Shown here: positions 25,263-37,699 of the stretch, piece by piece
How positions within the stretch are numbered: the stretch's first letter is position 1
Layout: each line of letters begins with the position of its first letter
From: Bispira polyomma
Lineage: Eukaryota
Direction: 5' to 3'
Length of the DNA stretch: 64,000 bases
NCBI GenBank assembly: GCA_965649765.1
Contig: OZ287756.1
Span: 43,400,001 to 43,464,000, forward strand
Made by a program: the position numbers and the translations under genes
The notes under the pieces: model-generated
Told to the model about the DNA's origin: nothing
What the model saw: only the letters and a program-made list of their open reading frames with translations
Database searches by the model: none

Positions 25263-28004
25263 CTAAGCACTTTTAAGTTTAACTCCCCATGTGTGACCTT
25301 GAAGGACGGCCCAAGGTCAAATCTGACTACATCAAAAGAGTCCTAGGCAATGATTTCTTATAGGTTGGTTTCACATCTTAAAACTGTAGGACCAGTAATA
25401 AGCGAGTTATAAGCACTTTTAAGTTTGGCTATCCTCGTTTGACCTTGAAGGAGGGGCCCAAGGTCAAACCTGTCCACATCCGAAGAATCCCAGCCCATGA
25501 TTGTCTATAGGTTGTTTTCACATCCCAAAACTGTAGAACCAATAATAAGCGAGTTATAAGCACTTTTAAGTTTAACTACCCTCGTCTGACCTTGAAGGAG
25601 GAGCCCAAGGTAAAATCTGACTACATCAGAAGAGTCCTAGCTCATGATTTCTTATAGGTTGGTTTCACATCTTAAAACTGTAGGACCAATAATAAGCGAG
25701 TTATAAGCACTTTTAAGTTTAGCTCCCCACGCACTTTTAAGTTTAACTTCCCACGTCTAACCTTGAAGAGAGGCCTAAGGTCAAATCTGACCACATCAGA
25801 AGAGTCCTAGCCCATGATTAAGTTGGTTTTACATTGCAAACCTTTAGGACCAATAATAAGCGAGTTCTAAGCACTTTTGGGTTTCGTTATCCTCGTTTGA
25901 CCTTGAAGGAGGGGCCCAAAGTCAAACCTGACCACATCAGAAGATTCCCAGCCCATGATTTCCTATAGGTTGGCTTCACATTCCAAATCTGTAGGACCAA
26001 TAATAAGGGAGATATATGCACTTTTAAGTTTAACTACCCTCGTCTGACCTTGAAGAAGGGGCCCAAGGTCAAATCTGACTACATCAGAAGAGTTCTAGCC
26101 CATGATTTCTGCTATGTGGGGTACTTTGGCACTCCGTGGATGACCTTAAATGAATTCTGTGGATGACCTTGAATGAAGAGCTTTAAAGTCAAATGTCTGC
26201 ATGCTTGTAGAGGACATATATATATGTTATACATATCACCTATAAAGAGATTCAACCTTCTAGTTACGAGAACCAGCCAGTAGAACAAGATAGATAATTT
26301 TCAAAGAAATGCCCATGGCGGCCATCTTGTTTTTCAGAATGAGGCTAATGTCAGTCGCAGAGGTGCTTACATCCCAATGAAGATATCCTGCAAATTTGGC
26401 TAAGCTAGCTGGTCTAGTTTTCCACTGAGAGTGTTAACGGTGAAAATCTCTCTACGGCGGCGGCGGCGGCGTAGCCCATGCTTAACCAAAGTATCCACCT
26501 CATCGGTGGATACAATAATATGTAGAGTTGCCGGATTAAAGAACACAGTCACTTGCCTATTGAAATTAGTGACAAATTCCTTGTATTTTGTGTCTTCTCC
26601 GTGGCAGCATAAATTAGGGCATTTCTTTGGGATGATTGTTTTTTTTGGAAGCAGAAGATGCACAACCAAGCTTCTCTGAAAATAAAACGTACAAAAAAAT
26701 TAAAACAACTAAAGAAAACAGGTCTTTTACCATGACTGTTTTCGCAATATATGTTTCAAAATAGTACTAAAATATTATGATAATAGAAAAGAAAAAAAAT
26801 TTCTTCTAACAGAGATATAAATACCTATTCTTAACATATAAACATATCACATAAGTGGTCTCATTTGGGTATAGTTAGCTTCTTCATTGCATATATTATA
26901 AATACAAAAAGTGACTTACAATATAAAGCCAACTCTCAAAGCAACCTATCTTCACGGTTTGGTCGCGTGACATATGCATTCGGTCTCCACTTCCGCAATG
27001 CTTTGGTATGCTTTTGAAAACAGAATAGCTCACAAAGAAATGACAAGAATAAATATTCCGTTTTGAGAAGGAAATGCACCTGTTGTTATGGAATGGTCTA
27101 CCCATAGTAATCAGATGGTCATGCTCTCTGTCAGGGTTTATAAAGAAACATCGAACAATACATCTCTTCAACCTTGTGTACCATTAAGATCATTCTCTGT
27201 TGCACACTAACCTCCTTTAAAGTGAATTTTCTATAAATTAAGACCATGCGTTTTTTTGTCTTATTGTCAGTTTTGTTGTTGTGTTTAAGAATTGGCCTCA
27301 TTAACAATCAAAATTACCATTACAGTTCCCAAATGCCGTCATTTATTGGTCAATTACCTCAATATGGATGGCCAGACGAAAAATGATTCTACATACATCC
27401 GTTGTTATGAACAGTAACTTATTTTTTTTTATTTAACATAAATTTATTTACAGCTGGAACAGCAGTATGCAAAAGAATGTGACACACAGTTCCATGTGTA
27501 CCAGTGAAGTGGGGTCAGGCTTAGGCAGAGGTCAAATTGAGCAACACTGTCAAATGCGGTTCATTATTTATTCTACTGTTTTTATGGTAACTTGAGGTTT
27601 AACATTTATTCTACGGTTTTTATGGTAACTTAATGTCTACATTTAAGTAGTTATATATATTCATGGATAGAATGTTATAATTAAGTCAACTTTCAAATAA
27701 CACAAGCAACAACAATTTTTTAACTAGTTATATATATATATGGATAGAAAGGTGAAATTAATTTAACTTTCAAAGAACACAAGCCACAAGATTGAATTTG
27801 TTACTGATAATGCAAGCAACAATACAAGAGACAATATTTAATTTTTTAACTTCAAAATACAAGCAACAAGATTTAATCTTCAACTGAGAACGCAAACAAC
27901 AACACAAGCAACAAGGTTCAATTTTAACTGAGAACACAAGCAACAACATTTCAGTTTTAACAAAACTTGTTAATTGTATAAAAGGATATACTGAATACCT
28001 GGAT

Positions 28005-28325
28005 AGGTCCCCCGTGGTCTAGTGGTTAGGGTGTTGGTTTGATGATCAGAAGGTCCCCGGTTCTATTCCCGCTACCGGCCGCTAGTTTCATTTGGTGGGA
28101 TAACATCTGTAGGCAAGATGTGAACACAAGTTTGCCTAGTGGCTCGGATGACCACTTAAAATAGTGGTTCTCTGTCACTGAGTAATATCTTCAGTGGCAG
28201 ATTAAAGATCTTTGGGGACGTTGATAAATCGTCATCCTCAAGCACCTCCACGCCTATACTGGCTGCCCATGAGGAAGCGCATTTGAAAGGACGCTGTGTT
28301 CTGTAAGTGCGCTATAACAAATGTA
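28005..28325 (+). mobile_element. tRNA-derived SINE
   Basis: A-box tggtctagtggtt, B-box ggttctattcc, and an L2-type tail aagtgcgctataacaaatg. Confidence 0.7.
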
Positions 28326-28459
28326 CTAATTGATTTCATTTTTCATATTGCACTAACTAACAGCACCCAAACTCCAAAGGTGTTAGAGATGAGGGGAAGG
28401 TGGCTCCGTATAGGTGCTGTGTGAAAATATTAGCTACCTGCTGACCGCCATCAACAGAA

Positions 28460-28915
28460 TCAGTTACATACCATCACACTCAGTCGGACGTCCCGGTGCC
28501 ATGTTTCTAAATGTTTTGGATACTGACATTGTGATTGAAGGCAAAGATTCTATTTGAATTGAAACAAGGGTTTGTTGCCCAGAGGTGTTGTAGCTAAAGC
28601 AGCCCGCAAGGCCCTGATGGGGCACATAGGGGGGTATCATAGCTGAGGAAAGTTTTTGTGATTTTGCATGGTCTTTGACCATTTGACCAGAATGACGGCT
28701 TTACCTAGGCAAAACATAACAACAGCCTGAGCTAGGTGTTTTAAGGCGGAAAATTGTGAGGCCGTATGTGACACCAGGTTCGAAAGCCTCAAAAATGAAA
28801 AAAATAAGCAGATAGACTGATTTGAACACTTGACCCATGGAGGTAGTATTACGGATAGACACAATATTTTTAGAGTACTGACATCAATCATCAATGACCT
28901 TCTTAAGTCTGACAT
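28460..28915 (-). pseudogene. DIRS-order tyrosine recombinase fragment
   Basis: FFSFLRLSNLVSH...KHLAQ...ILVKWSKTMQ, homologous to the recombinases at 55578 and 57134. Confidence 0.75.
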
Positions 28916-30301
28916 GCAAGGGTGCGGCTAATATGGCGGCCTTCTGATTGTAGGCTATTCTGGGATCACTAAATCCTGTACTGGCACATTATGAATATAA
29001 ACGAGCCTGGAGAAAGGAGGAAAGTCCACTAGATCTAGATTAAGGAAACAGGTTGCATGGAGCAATAAATTGTTAAATAAAGCAAAAGGAGATCACTACA
29101 AATCAGTCATTGAAGGAAATTTACAAAACAGGCGAAAGCTCTGGCAAGAATTGTAGTCCTCCATACTACACCTGAGTCCATAATCCAGCATTTAAATCAG
29201 GAAAATCTGTGGAAGAAAAATTTGGGGTTTTCGTCAGTGAAAAAATTAAGAATATCAACAACATGATCTCTGGCTCAAATAGATGTTGCATTCCCCGTAC
29301 CAGAACTCCACCGAATGTCTCTGGCTTTACCTAAATTTTACAAGTTTCCTAAAAACTATAAATAAATCCCCCACTAAAACATGTATGTTAGACCCCTGGC
29401 CAACCTTCCTGGTGAAGGAATGCGTAGATATACTTCTACCCTCTATCATCAAAGAGAGAGCATTGTACCTGTGTTACATTGAGAATGTAAGGTCATAGAT
29501 TGTATAGGGCTAAACTGAATAAGGAAAGAAACTAGCTGTAAACAAATAATTTTATGAATATTATTTTAGAACATATATATACAAATATAAACAAAATAAC
29601 CACGATACAAACAAATAGTCAAAATCCCACAATACACATATTACTCATTCAGGTATACAATATTAAAGTTCATAAATCTAATTCAACTGTTCTCAGTGTA
29701 AGCAAGTTCTCTTATAAAGTTCATCAAATAGTTCACGGCATAGACACAGAGTACTGTAAAGTCAAGATTACAGGAGCACATAGCACAACCATTCCAATAA
29801 AAAAACTCTCGCCCAACTCAACATGTACTAGACCCAATATTGCCACATCAATATGAAACAAGGTGTCAACATCTCTCACAAAAGGTTTTTCTATTCCTAC
29901 TTCCTAACACAGTAAAGTAACCTCAAACTCTTAAACACACAATAAACTAAGTAAACTAAATAATAAAGAAATAATACAAATAAAGTAATACATATACATT
30001 TCACTCCAAAATAGATACTATAACTTTATGCACACCAACTACACTACTGCTATTCTTGGATAAACACAATTTAGATATATTTAATAACTTCTTAAATAAA
30101 GTACCCTTAACTACAATGTACACATCTAGGACAAATACATTTTACCTTTACTAATGTCCACATATATATACCTATAAGGTCAAATTATAATACCAATGTC
30201 CACATATATACACCTGTAAGGTCAAATCATAACACTCCTCCTGCCTAAAGACAATACTTGTATTGACAAGCAATGATTTGACAACCAATAATCTATTAAT
30301 T

Positions 30302-33300
30302 TCACATCCTACTTAAATAATCCGCAATGATATTTTTGGAACCTTTTATTGCAACAATTCTAAATTGATAGGGTTGCAATGCCAACGACCAACGCATTAG
30401 TCTACCATTTGCCATCTTTGACTTCCTCAAATATACCAATGGTTGGTGATCTGTCTCCAGCACAAATTCTCTACCATAGAGATACACATTAAACTTCTTT
30501 ATTGCCCAGATAAGTGCAAGTCACTCTTTCTCAATCACAGAATATTCCCTTTCCCTTCTTGATAGTTTCTTACTTGCATATGAAACCGGAAAGTATTGAT
30601 CATCATAACTTTGCAACAAAACAGTACCAATACCACTCTCTGAAGCATCTGTCTGTAAAATGAAATCTCTACTGAAATCAGGGAGTCTCAATATTGGCTT
30701 TGATGCCAACACAACTTTCAATGTACAAAACGCTTTCTCTTGTGCATCTGTCCATTCTATCTTATTTGGCAGGCCTTTCTTTGTCAAATCAGAGAGAGGT
30801 GCGGCTATAGCACTATAGTTCGGAATGAACTTGGAGAAGAATCCTACCATACCAAGAAATGACCTCACTTCCTTCTTGTTTACTGGTCTATGTGCTTGTT
30901 GTATAGTAAACAACTTCTCAGGATTTGGAGTAATGTGTCCTTCACCCACAAGATGTCCCAAAAACTCAACATTCTTGAATCCAATCCTGCATTTGCTTGG
31001 TTTGATAGTAAGTCCTGCTTTCTTTATCCTTGTGAACAGTTCTCTTAATCCATCAATGTGTTGTGGCCAACTTCTTGTATGTGTAAGTATATTATCAACA
31101 AAACTATCACTGTATATCATACCGTTCAACAGTTTCCGCATCACGCGATTGAAAGTAGCTGCCGAGTTCACTAATCCAAAAGCCATTTTCAAGTAACAAT
31201 AACTGCCATTTGGTGTACCAAAACATGTCTTTTTCTTGCTGCTCTTTTCAATAGGTATCGGCCAATAACCTTTTGCAAGGTCGCATATACTAAACCACTC
31301 ATCATCTTGCAATTTGCTATAAATCTGATTTTGGTTCAGTCATAGGTTCTGTTGAAAAAACAGTAATCAAATTTAATTTCCTGAAATCTGTGCAAAATCT
31401 TGTACTACCATCTTTCTTTTTTTTTCCATCTCATCTTCAGATCCGATGACTGCTACTGCAACTTTAGCTAGGACTGAGTCATTTTCACTTTTCAAATAGT
31501 CTGTATCATGTATGACAACACTGGCATTACCACTAACATCAGGATTTCTGGTTGTGTAAAATTTCAATAAATTTGCATGATATATTTTACTTTTCCCATG
31601 CACTTTGACCCTGTAACCATTGCCCTTCAGCAATTCTTCAACTGGATATGGCCCTTGCCATTTCAGCAACAACTTGTTTGTTTCCGTAGGTAGCAAAATC
31701 AAAACCAGATCACCAACAACATAATTTCTTTGCTTGGCCTTCTTATCAAAGTATCTCTTCCCTTTGTCTTGTGATTTATTCAGCTAATCCTGTGCAAGTT
31801 TGCATGTTTCTTCCAATTGTTCCCTCAGATCAACGATATACTGGTAAGTTGTTTTAATTTCTGTAGAATCAAAAATGTTCATAGGTCCCCTTACAGTTCT
31901 ACCAAATAAAAGTTCAAATGGTGAGAATCCCAAACTTGCTTGCGGAACCTCTGTAAGCAAACAGTACTGCGGGTAAATATTTATCCCAATGTTTAGGCTT
32001 TTCTGAGCACAACTTCCTCAACATGGATTTCAACACGAAATGAAACTTTTCAACTAATCCATTGCATTGCGGATGGTATGGTGTAGTCATAAGCTGTTGT
32101 ATGCCAAGCAACCTGCTAACTTCTCGCATAAGTTTTGATGTAAATTGTGATCCTTGATCACTGAGTATTTCACTTGGTATCCCTACTCTAGAAAATAAGC
32201 CAACAAGCTTCTGCCACACGTTCTGTCTCTATCCTGGGTGGAGCAACCGCCTCTGGGTAACATGTTGCATAATCAATCATTGTCAATATATACCTGTTCC
32301 CTGTCTCAGTCGCAGGAGATATAGGACCAACTATGTCAATAGCAACTCTCTGAAATGGAGTATCTATCATCAGAATTTTCTCTACTGGCACCCTTGTAAC
32401 CTGACCCTTTAGTATAGTTCTTTGACACAAATTACAGGATCTACAAAATCTTGTCACATCACCTTGAACACCAGACCAGAAAAAATTTGACATGACTTTA
32501 TCACAAGTTTTTTTGAATCCCTAAATGTCCACCAAATATTGATTCATGTGCCAGTTTCATCACTTTACATCTGAGAGTCTTTGGAACCATCAGCTGTTTC
32601 ACACTTTTCTGATTTTGTTTCCTTGTCTGAAATGTTCTATATAATAATCTGTTCTTCACATCTTACACAGCCGTATTTCCTCCTTTCAGTTTAACGGTTT
32701 CACCTGTTCCAGCCTTTTCAAAGTAGTGCCTTAAAGTTTCATCAGAAGTTTGCTCCTGCTTGAATTTATCTACATCCAATCCAGCATCAATGGCAGGCGC
32801 AGTTTTAAGTTGACTCATAGGTAAACTATTGTTCAAAGCTCTAGTGAGAACAGCTATTGTCTTTTTATCATGTGTTAATGACACTACATCAGAACACCAG
32901 TCACAATTGGGATTGTTAGGATCCCTAACACCCTCAATGTTTCCCAAAACCAAAGGATATATTGGTTTTTCCATACACATAGCTTCAACCTCCCCAACAA
33001 AGAATGGAGTATCTATTTCAATTCTTGCCATTGGAACCTTCTTCACAGTACCATCAATCAGAACACAAAGATGCACCTTTCCTGTATATTGTTCATCTTT
33101 TACCAAACTTGTTTGAATAACCACCCCACTATAACCAGTCTCACGCAATGTCTTCACAACGGTATCACCCACTTTACCATCCATGACTGGTAGATTATCT
33201 ACTTTCCGAATTTTCCTGCGTTGACAAGCTCCTGTTACAATGGTCAGTTCTTGCCCGCATGCCAGATTCAGTTTATTCCCAATAATACAGTCATCACTTT

Positions 33301-33400
33301 TCTTCAACAAATGTAATACACATGAAGCTCCTGTTTCTTGTTCATCATCTAGGATTCCTTCAAGTGACTTTTCTATAAGCGCATGCACCATGTGCACCAC
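30302..33400 (-). pseudogene. Gmr1-like pol: protease, integrase, RT, RNase H
   Basis: LRETG protease-like motif (~33140), integrase HESIFGGHLG/CxxC/DIVGP/SDQG/NGLVE/WQGPY (32550-31600), then RT DLAKGYW/FVDN and RNase H QTDAS/ETDH (31312-30302). Confidence 0.88.
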
Positions 33401-33716
33401 TCATATTGGTTCTCTTCTTGACCCTACATTGATTTGCTAAATGACCTTTGATACCACACTTAAAGCTGGTTTTGTTGGTAAATGTTCTATCTGTCAGTCT
33501 GTTTGCAAATGTTCTGTCTATTGGTCTGTTTGTAAATGTTCTGTCTGTTGGTCTGCTTGTAAATGGACTATATACAATGTATATATTAAGTGTTATTATT
33601 TACTTATGGTTAGCTTGTGCATATGTTTCAGATGAGGTGGCCCAACTCCTTGCCTCATAGAAATAGCTTAGGGCAGAATTTCATGCAGTTTGTCCACACC
33701 AGAACATACAACTATT

Positions 33717-34725
33717 TACAGTACTCTGTGTCTATGCCGTGAACTATTTGATGAACTTTATAAGAGAACTTGCTTACACTGAGAACAGTTAAATTAGATT
33801 TATGAACTTTAATTAATATTGTATACCTGAATGAGTAATATGTGTATTGTGGGATTTTGACTATTTGTTTGTATCGTGGTTATTTTGTTTATATTTGTAT
33901 ATATGTTCTAAAATAATATTCATAAAATTATTTGTTTACAGCTAGTTTCTTTCCATATTCAGTTTAGCCCTATACAATCTATGACCTTACATTCTCAATG
34001 TAACACAGGTACAATACCCTCTCTTTGGTGATAGAGGGTAGAAGTATATCTACGCATTCCTTCACCAGGAAGGTTGGCCAGGGGTCTAACATACAGGTTT
34101 TAGTGGGGGATTTATTTATAGTTTTTAGGAAACTTGTGAAACTTACGTAAAGCCAGAGACATTAGGTGGAGTTCTGGTACGGGGAATGCAACATGTATTT
34201 TTGGGCCAGAGATCATGTTTATGATATTCTTAATTTTTTCACTGAAGAAAACCCCAAATTTTTCTTCCAGAGATTTTCCTGATTTAAATGCTGGATTATG
34301 GACTCAGGTGTAGTATGGAGGAGTCTGCGCAATTCTTGCCAGAGCTTTCGCCTGTTTTGTAAATTTCCTTCAATAACTGATTTGTAGTGATCTCCTTTTG
34401 CTTTATTTAACAATTTATTGCACCATGCAACCTGTTTCCTTAATCTAGATCTAGTGGACTTTTCTCCTTTCTCCAGGCTCGTTCATATTGATAATGTGCC
34501 AGTACAGGATTTAGTGATCCCAGAATAGCCTACTATCAGAAGGCCGCCATATTAGCCGCACCCTTGCATGTCAAACTTAAGAAGATCATTGATGATTGAT
34601 GTCAGTACTCTAAAAATATTGTGTCTATCCGTAATACTACCTCCATGGGTCAAGTGTTCAAATTAGTCTCTCTGCTTATTTTTTTCATTTTTGAGGCTTT
34701 CGAACCTGGTACCACATACGGCCTG
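33717..34725 (-). repeat. ~1-kb inverted duplicate of ~28760-29757
   Basis: Reverse-complement match covering the recombinase fragment end, the CR1 half, the TSD and the outer ~285 bp of the LTR. Confidence 0.9.
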
Positions 34726-35249
34726 GATACAAACTGAATTATTTCTTTGGCAATATAAATATTGAATCATTTGTTCAGTGGCATTGGGTAAATCAGACAC
34801 ATTGTTGTTCATATAGGTGTGATTAAAGATCTGTGTTGAGTAAAGTATAGACTTGAAGGTGTGTCAGATATTAGTGGTTGGAATACTGCTGTTGTGTGAT
34901 TTAAGCTATAAATTTGTGGTAGATTCCACATGGTGCTAATGGTACTGAAATTGGTGGTGTTGTATTACTGATAATAGACGAGTATCAGTAGGATTTAAGT
35001 GATTAGTGCGTTCAAGCAGTAACTTGTAAAACTATGAAATAAGGCAGTCAAGGAATTTAAGGATGTATATGTGGATTATACAAGAGTTACTAGTTGTGTT
35101 ACATTACAGTGTAGGTTGTTGAATGTACATGATATAGGTGTATGATAGTGCCTACTAGACTATGTGTGTTTGATCTTACTGGTGGTTGATTAGTACGTGG
35201 TAAGAGTTTGTATAGTAACTTGTATAGTAGGTTATATACATTGAGAGTT

Positions 35250-36060
35250 GCTAATATAGATCTGCAGAAACTAGTGGATTTAGGTGAGCGATTAGGCTAT
35301 GAGGGACAAGAGTTGCGTGATTTTATGAAGGAAGAACAAAATAAAGAGCGTGAAGAAAGGGCTTCAAAAAGAGATCATGATAAGTCAATGCTAGAAAAGG
35401 AAAAAGAAGCTGAAAGGCTTAAAGCTGAACTCAAGTTTATGCAAGAGGTTAAGTTAAAAGAACTTGATGTTGAGTTAGAGAAGTCAAGAATGAGTGAGGG
35501 TAGGTTTATGGACAGGTCAGACGTTGGTAATTCTAAAGTAATGTTACCAAAACTTGCACAGTTTAATGAAGTAAAAGATGATATGGATTCTTTTTTGTTC
35601 AGATTTGAAAAATTTGCTTCAAGTCAAGGCTGAAAACATGAAAATTGGGCAATGTATTTGAGTGCTCTTTTGTCAGGAAAGACGTTGGATGATTATAGAA
35701 GGCTCGGTAAACAGAAAGTAGATGATTATGAGGAATTAAAAGTTGCCTTGTTAAGGAGGTTTGACCTGAGTGAAGAAGGTTTTAGAAACAAGTTTCGTAA
35801 CTGTAGTATGGAACAAGGTGAAAGTCCTTCACAGTTTATGGATAGATTGCGAAATTATATGGAAAGATGGATTGAATTTAGTGAGATTGAGATGACTTAT
35901 GATGGACTAGTAGATTTGTTTGTGAAAGAACAATTTTTGTCTAGTCTACATGCAATAAAGCATTATCTGTGTTTTTGAAGGAGCGAACTCCTAAGTGTGT
36001 AAAAGACATGGCATTTTATGCTGAACAATATATTGATGCTCATGGAACATCAGGTTTGTT
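35250..36060 (+). pseudogene. Gmr1-like gag (SCAN/capsid-like), inverted relative to its pol
   Basis: LPKLAQFNEVKDDMDSFLFRFEKFA...LSALLSGK...YEELKVALLRRFDLSEEGFRNKFR...KEQFL; internal stop and frameshift. Confidence 0.8.
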
Positions 36061-37699
36061 TGAAAAAGATAGTCAAGGAGTTGGGCCACCTCATCTAAAA
36101 CATATGCACAAGCTAACCATAAGTAAATAATAACACTTAATATATACATTGTATATAGTCAATTTACATGGATGCTAAATATATAATTCACTAAATTATA
36201 TTATAAAATATATTATACATACCCAAACACAGCCAAGTCAAGATTACAGGAGCACAAAGCAGAACCATTCGAATCAAAAACTCTCACCCAACTAAACATG
36301 TACTAGACCCAATATTGCCACATCAATATGAAACAAGGTGTAAACAGCTCTCACAAAGGGTTTTTCTATTCCTACTTCCTAACACAGTAAAGTAACCTCA
36401 AACTCTTAAACACACAATAAACTAAGTAAACTAAGTAAACTAAATAATAAAGAAATAATACAAATAAAGTAATACATATACGTTTCACCCCAAAATAGAT
36501 ACTATAACTTTATGGACACCAACTACACTACTGCTATCCTTGGATAAACACAATTTAGATATATTTAATAACTTCTTAAATAAAGTACCCTTAACTACAA
36601 TGTACACATCTAGGACAAATACATTTTACCTTTACTAATGTCCACATATATACACCTATAAGGTCAAATTATAATACCAATGTCCACATATATACACCTG
36701 TAAGGTCAAATCATAACAACCTGATAAAATTAAACAGGCTGTAGTAACTCCCCTTATAAAGAAACCATCATTACCAAAAAATGACCTTAAGAATTATAGG
36801 CTAGTATCAGGCCTAAGTTTCATCTCCAAGATAGTGGAAAATATTGTTGCAAAATAAATAACAACATATCAGCAAAAATTGTTTAGGTAATCTTCTGCAG
36901 TCTACTTATAAACAGGGCCATTCCACTGAAAAAGCTCTTCTATCCATCAAAAATGAAGTACATATATCTCTTTCAAAAGGTGAACCTACAGCACTAGTCC
37001 TCCTCGACCTGTCGGCAGCTTTCGATACTATTGATTATGCTACCTTGCTTAAATACTTATCGTCCTGGTTCAGCTTTCATGGTACAGTTCTCGAATGGTT
37101 CACCTTATATATCTCAAATCGATTTCAGTCTGTTAAAATAGGCTCCACTCTGTCAGAGTTGTTTAAGCTTGAGTTTGGTGTTCCACATAGGTCAGTTCTG
37201 GTCCCAATCTTGTTTTCTTTGTACACTACTCTGCTCAGTTATATCATCAGCAAACATAGCAATATTAAGTACCACTTTTAAGCTGATGACACACAGCCCA
37301 TGATGCTCCAGCCTTTTGGAATAAATTACTTGCCGAAATTCGTTGTGCAACCTTACTCACATCCTTTAGAAAAAAACTTAGAACCTACCTATTCGACAAG
37401 ACTTTTCCACCATAGCCCTAAATTCACCCGGCATTTCCATGGTGCTGACCCATGCTTGTCTAATGGAAATGCAAATTGAATAAGGATACTGTCCTGTGCC
37501 TCAGAATCCCCTAAGAAGGAGAGAATAAGCTCTCTAAAAGTTAGATTCGATTAGATTAGATAATGGGGCCTTAATGGCCGACAGGTAGTTTGACAGTGTT
37601 ATAGTGTAGTAGTTCTAAAAAGGATAAGAGGTCAACCACTGTCACCTTGGCAAGGGGTTGATGAATGAAGGCAGTAAAGAGTGTGACCCACCAGGTTAT

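Larger units (their letters stand above)
17570..26110. repeat. 146-147-bp satellite, about 25 units, interrupted by a Gypsy element and a solo LTR
   Basis: aggaccaataat recurs at 18108, 18254, 18401, 18548, 18694 and onward. Each unit has the inverted repeat tgaccttg-N13-caaggtca. A 586-bp four-unit higher-order duplication is visible. Confidence 0.95.
17465..26520 (+). mobile_element. Non-autonomous Helentron/HINE-like element carrying a satellite core
   Basis: Subterminal inverted repeat ttgtatccacc (17506-17516) / ggtggatacaa (26505-26515), 3' hairpin gtatccacc-tcatc-ggtggatac (26491-26513), and a (GCG)n microsatellite at ~26455-26471 after the tandem array. Confidence 0.65.
29472..36718 (-). 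mobile_element. Gmr1-like Gypsy LTR retrotransposon, rearranged
   Basis: TSD ACCTG (29467-29471, 36719-36723). 763-bp 3' LTR 29472-30234 with PPT aggcaggaggag; partial 5' LTR ~36234-36718. Pol domain order is PR-IN-RT-RH. Confidence 0.88.
28930..37565 (+). mobile_element. CR1/L2 LINE relic split by the Gmr1-like Gypsy insertion (halves ~28930-29471 and 36719-37565)
   Basis: The left half ends SPTKTCMLDPWPTFLVKECVDILLPSI; the right half resumes PDKIKQAVVTPLIKKP...NYRLVSGLSFISK and continues LLDLSAAFDTID and GVPHRSVL, ending in an (attag)n tail. Confidence 0.85.

Noticed and set aside
17570-26110. CRISPR array
   Set aside because: Whole 147-bp units repeat with no unique spacers, there are no cas genes, and the context is eukaryotic.
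26400-26679. ORFs with poly-Arg on both strands
   Set aside because: They are translations of the (GCG)n microsatellite.
28005-28080. tRNA gene (also ~13350, ~17000, ~47750)
   Set aside because: A/B boxes are present but I could not fold a full cloverleaf, and each runs into a SINE body.
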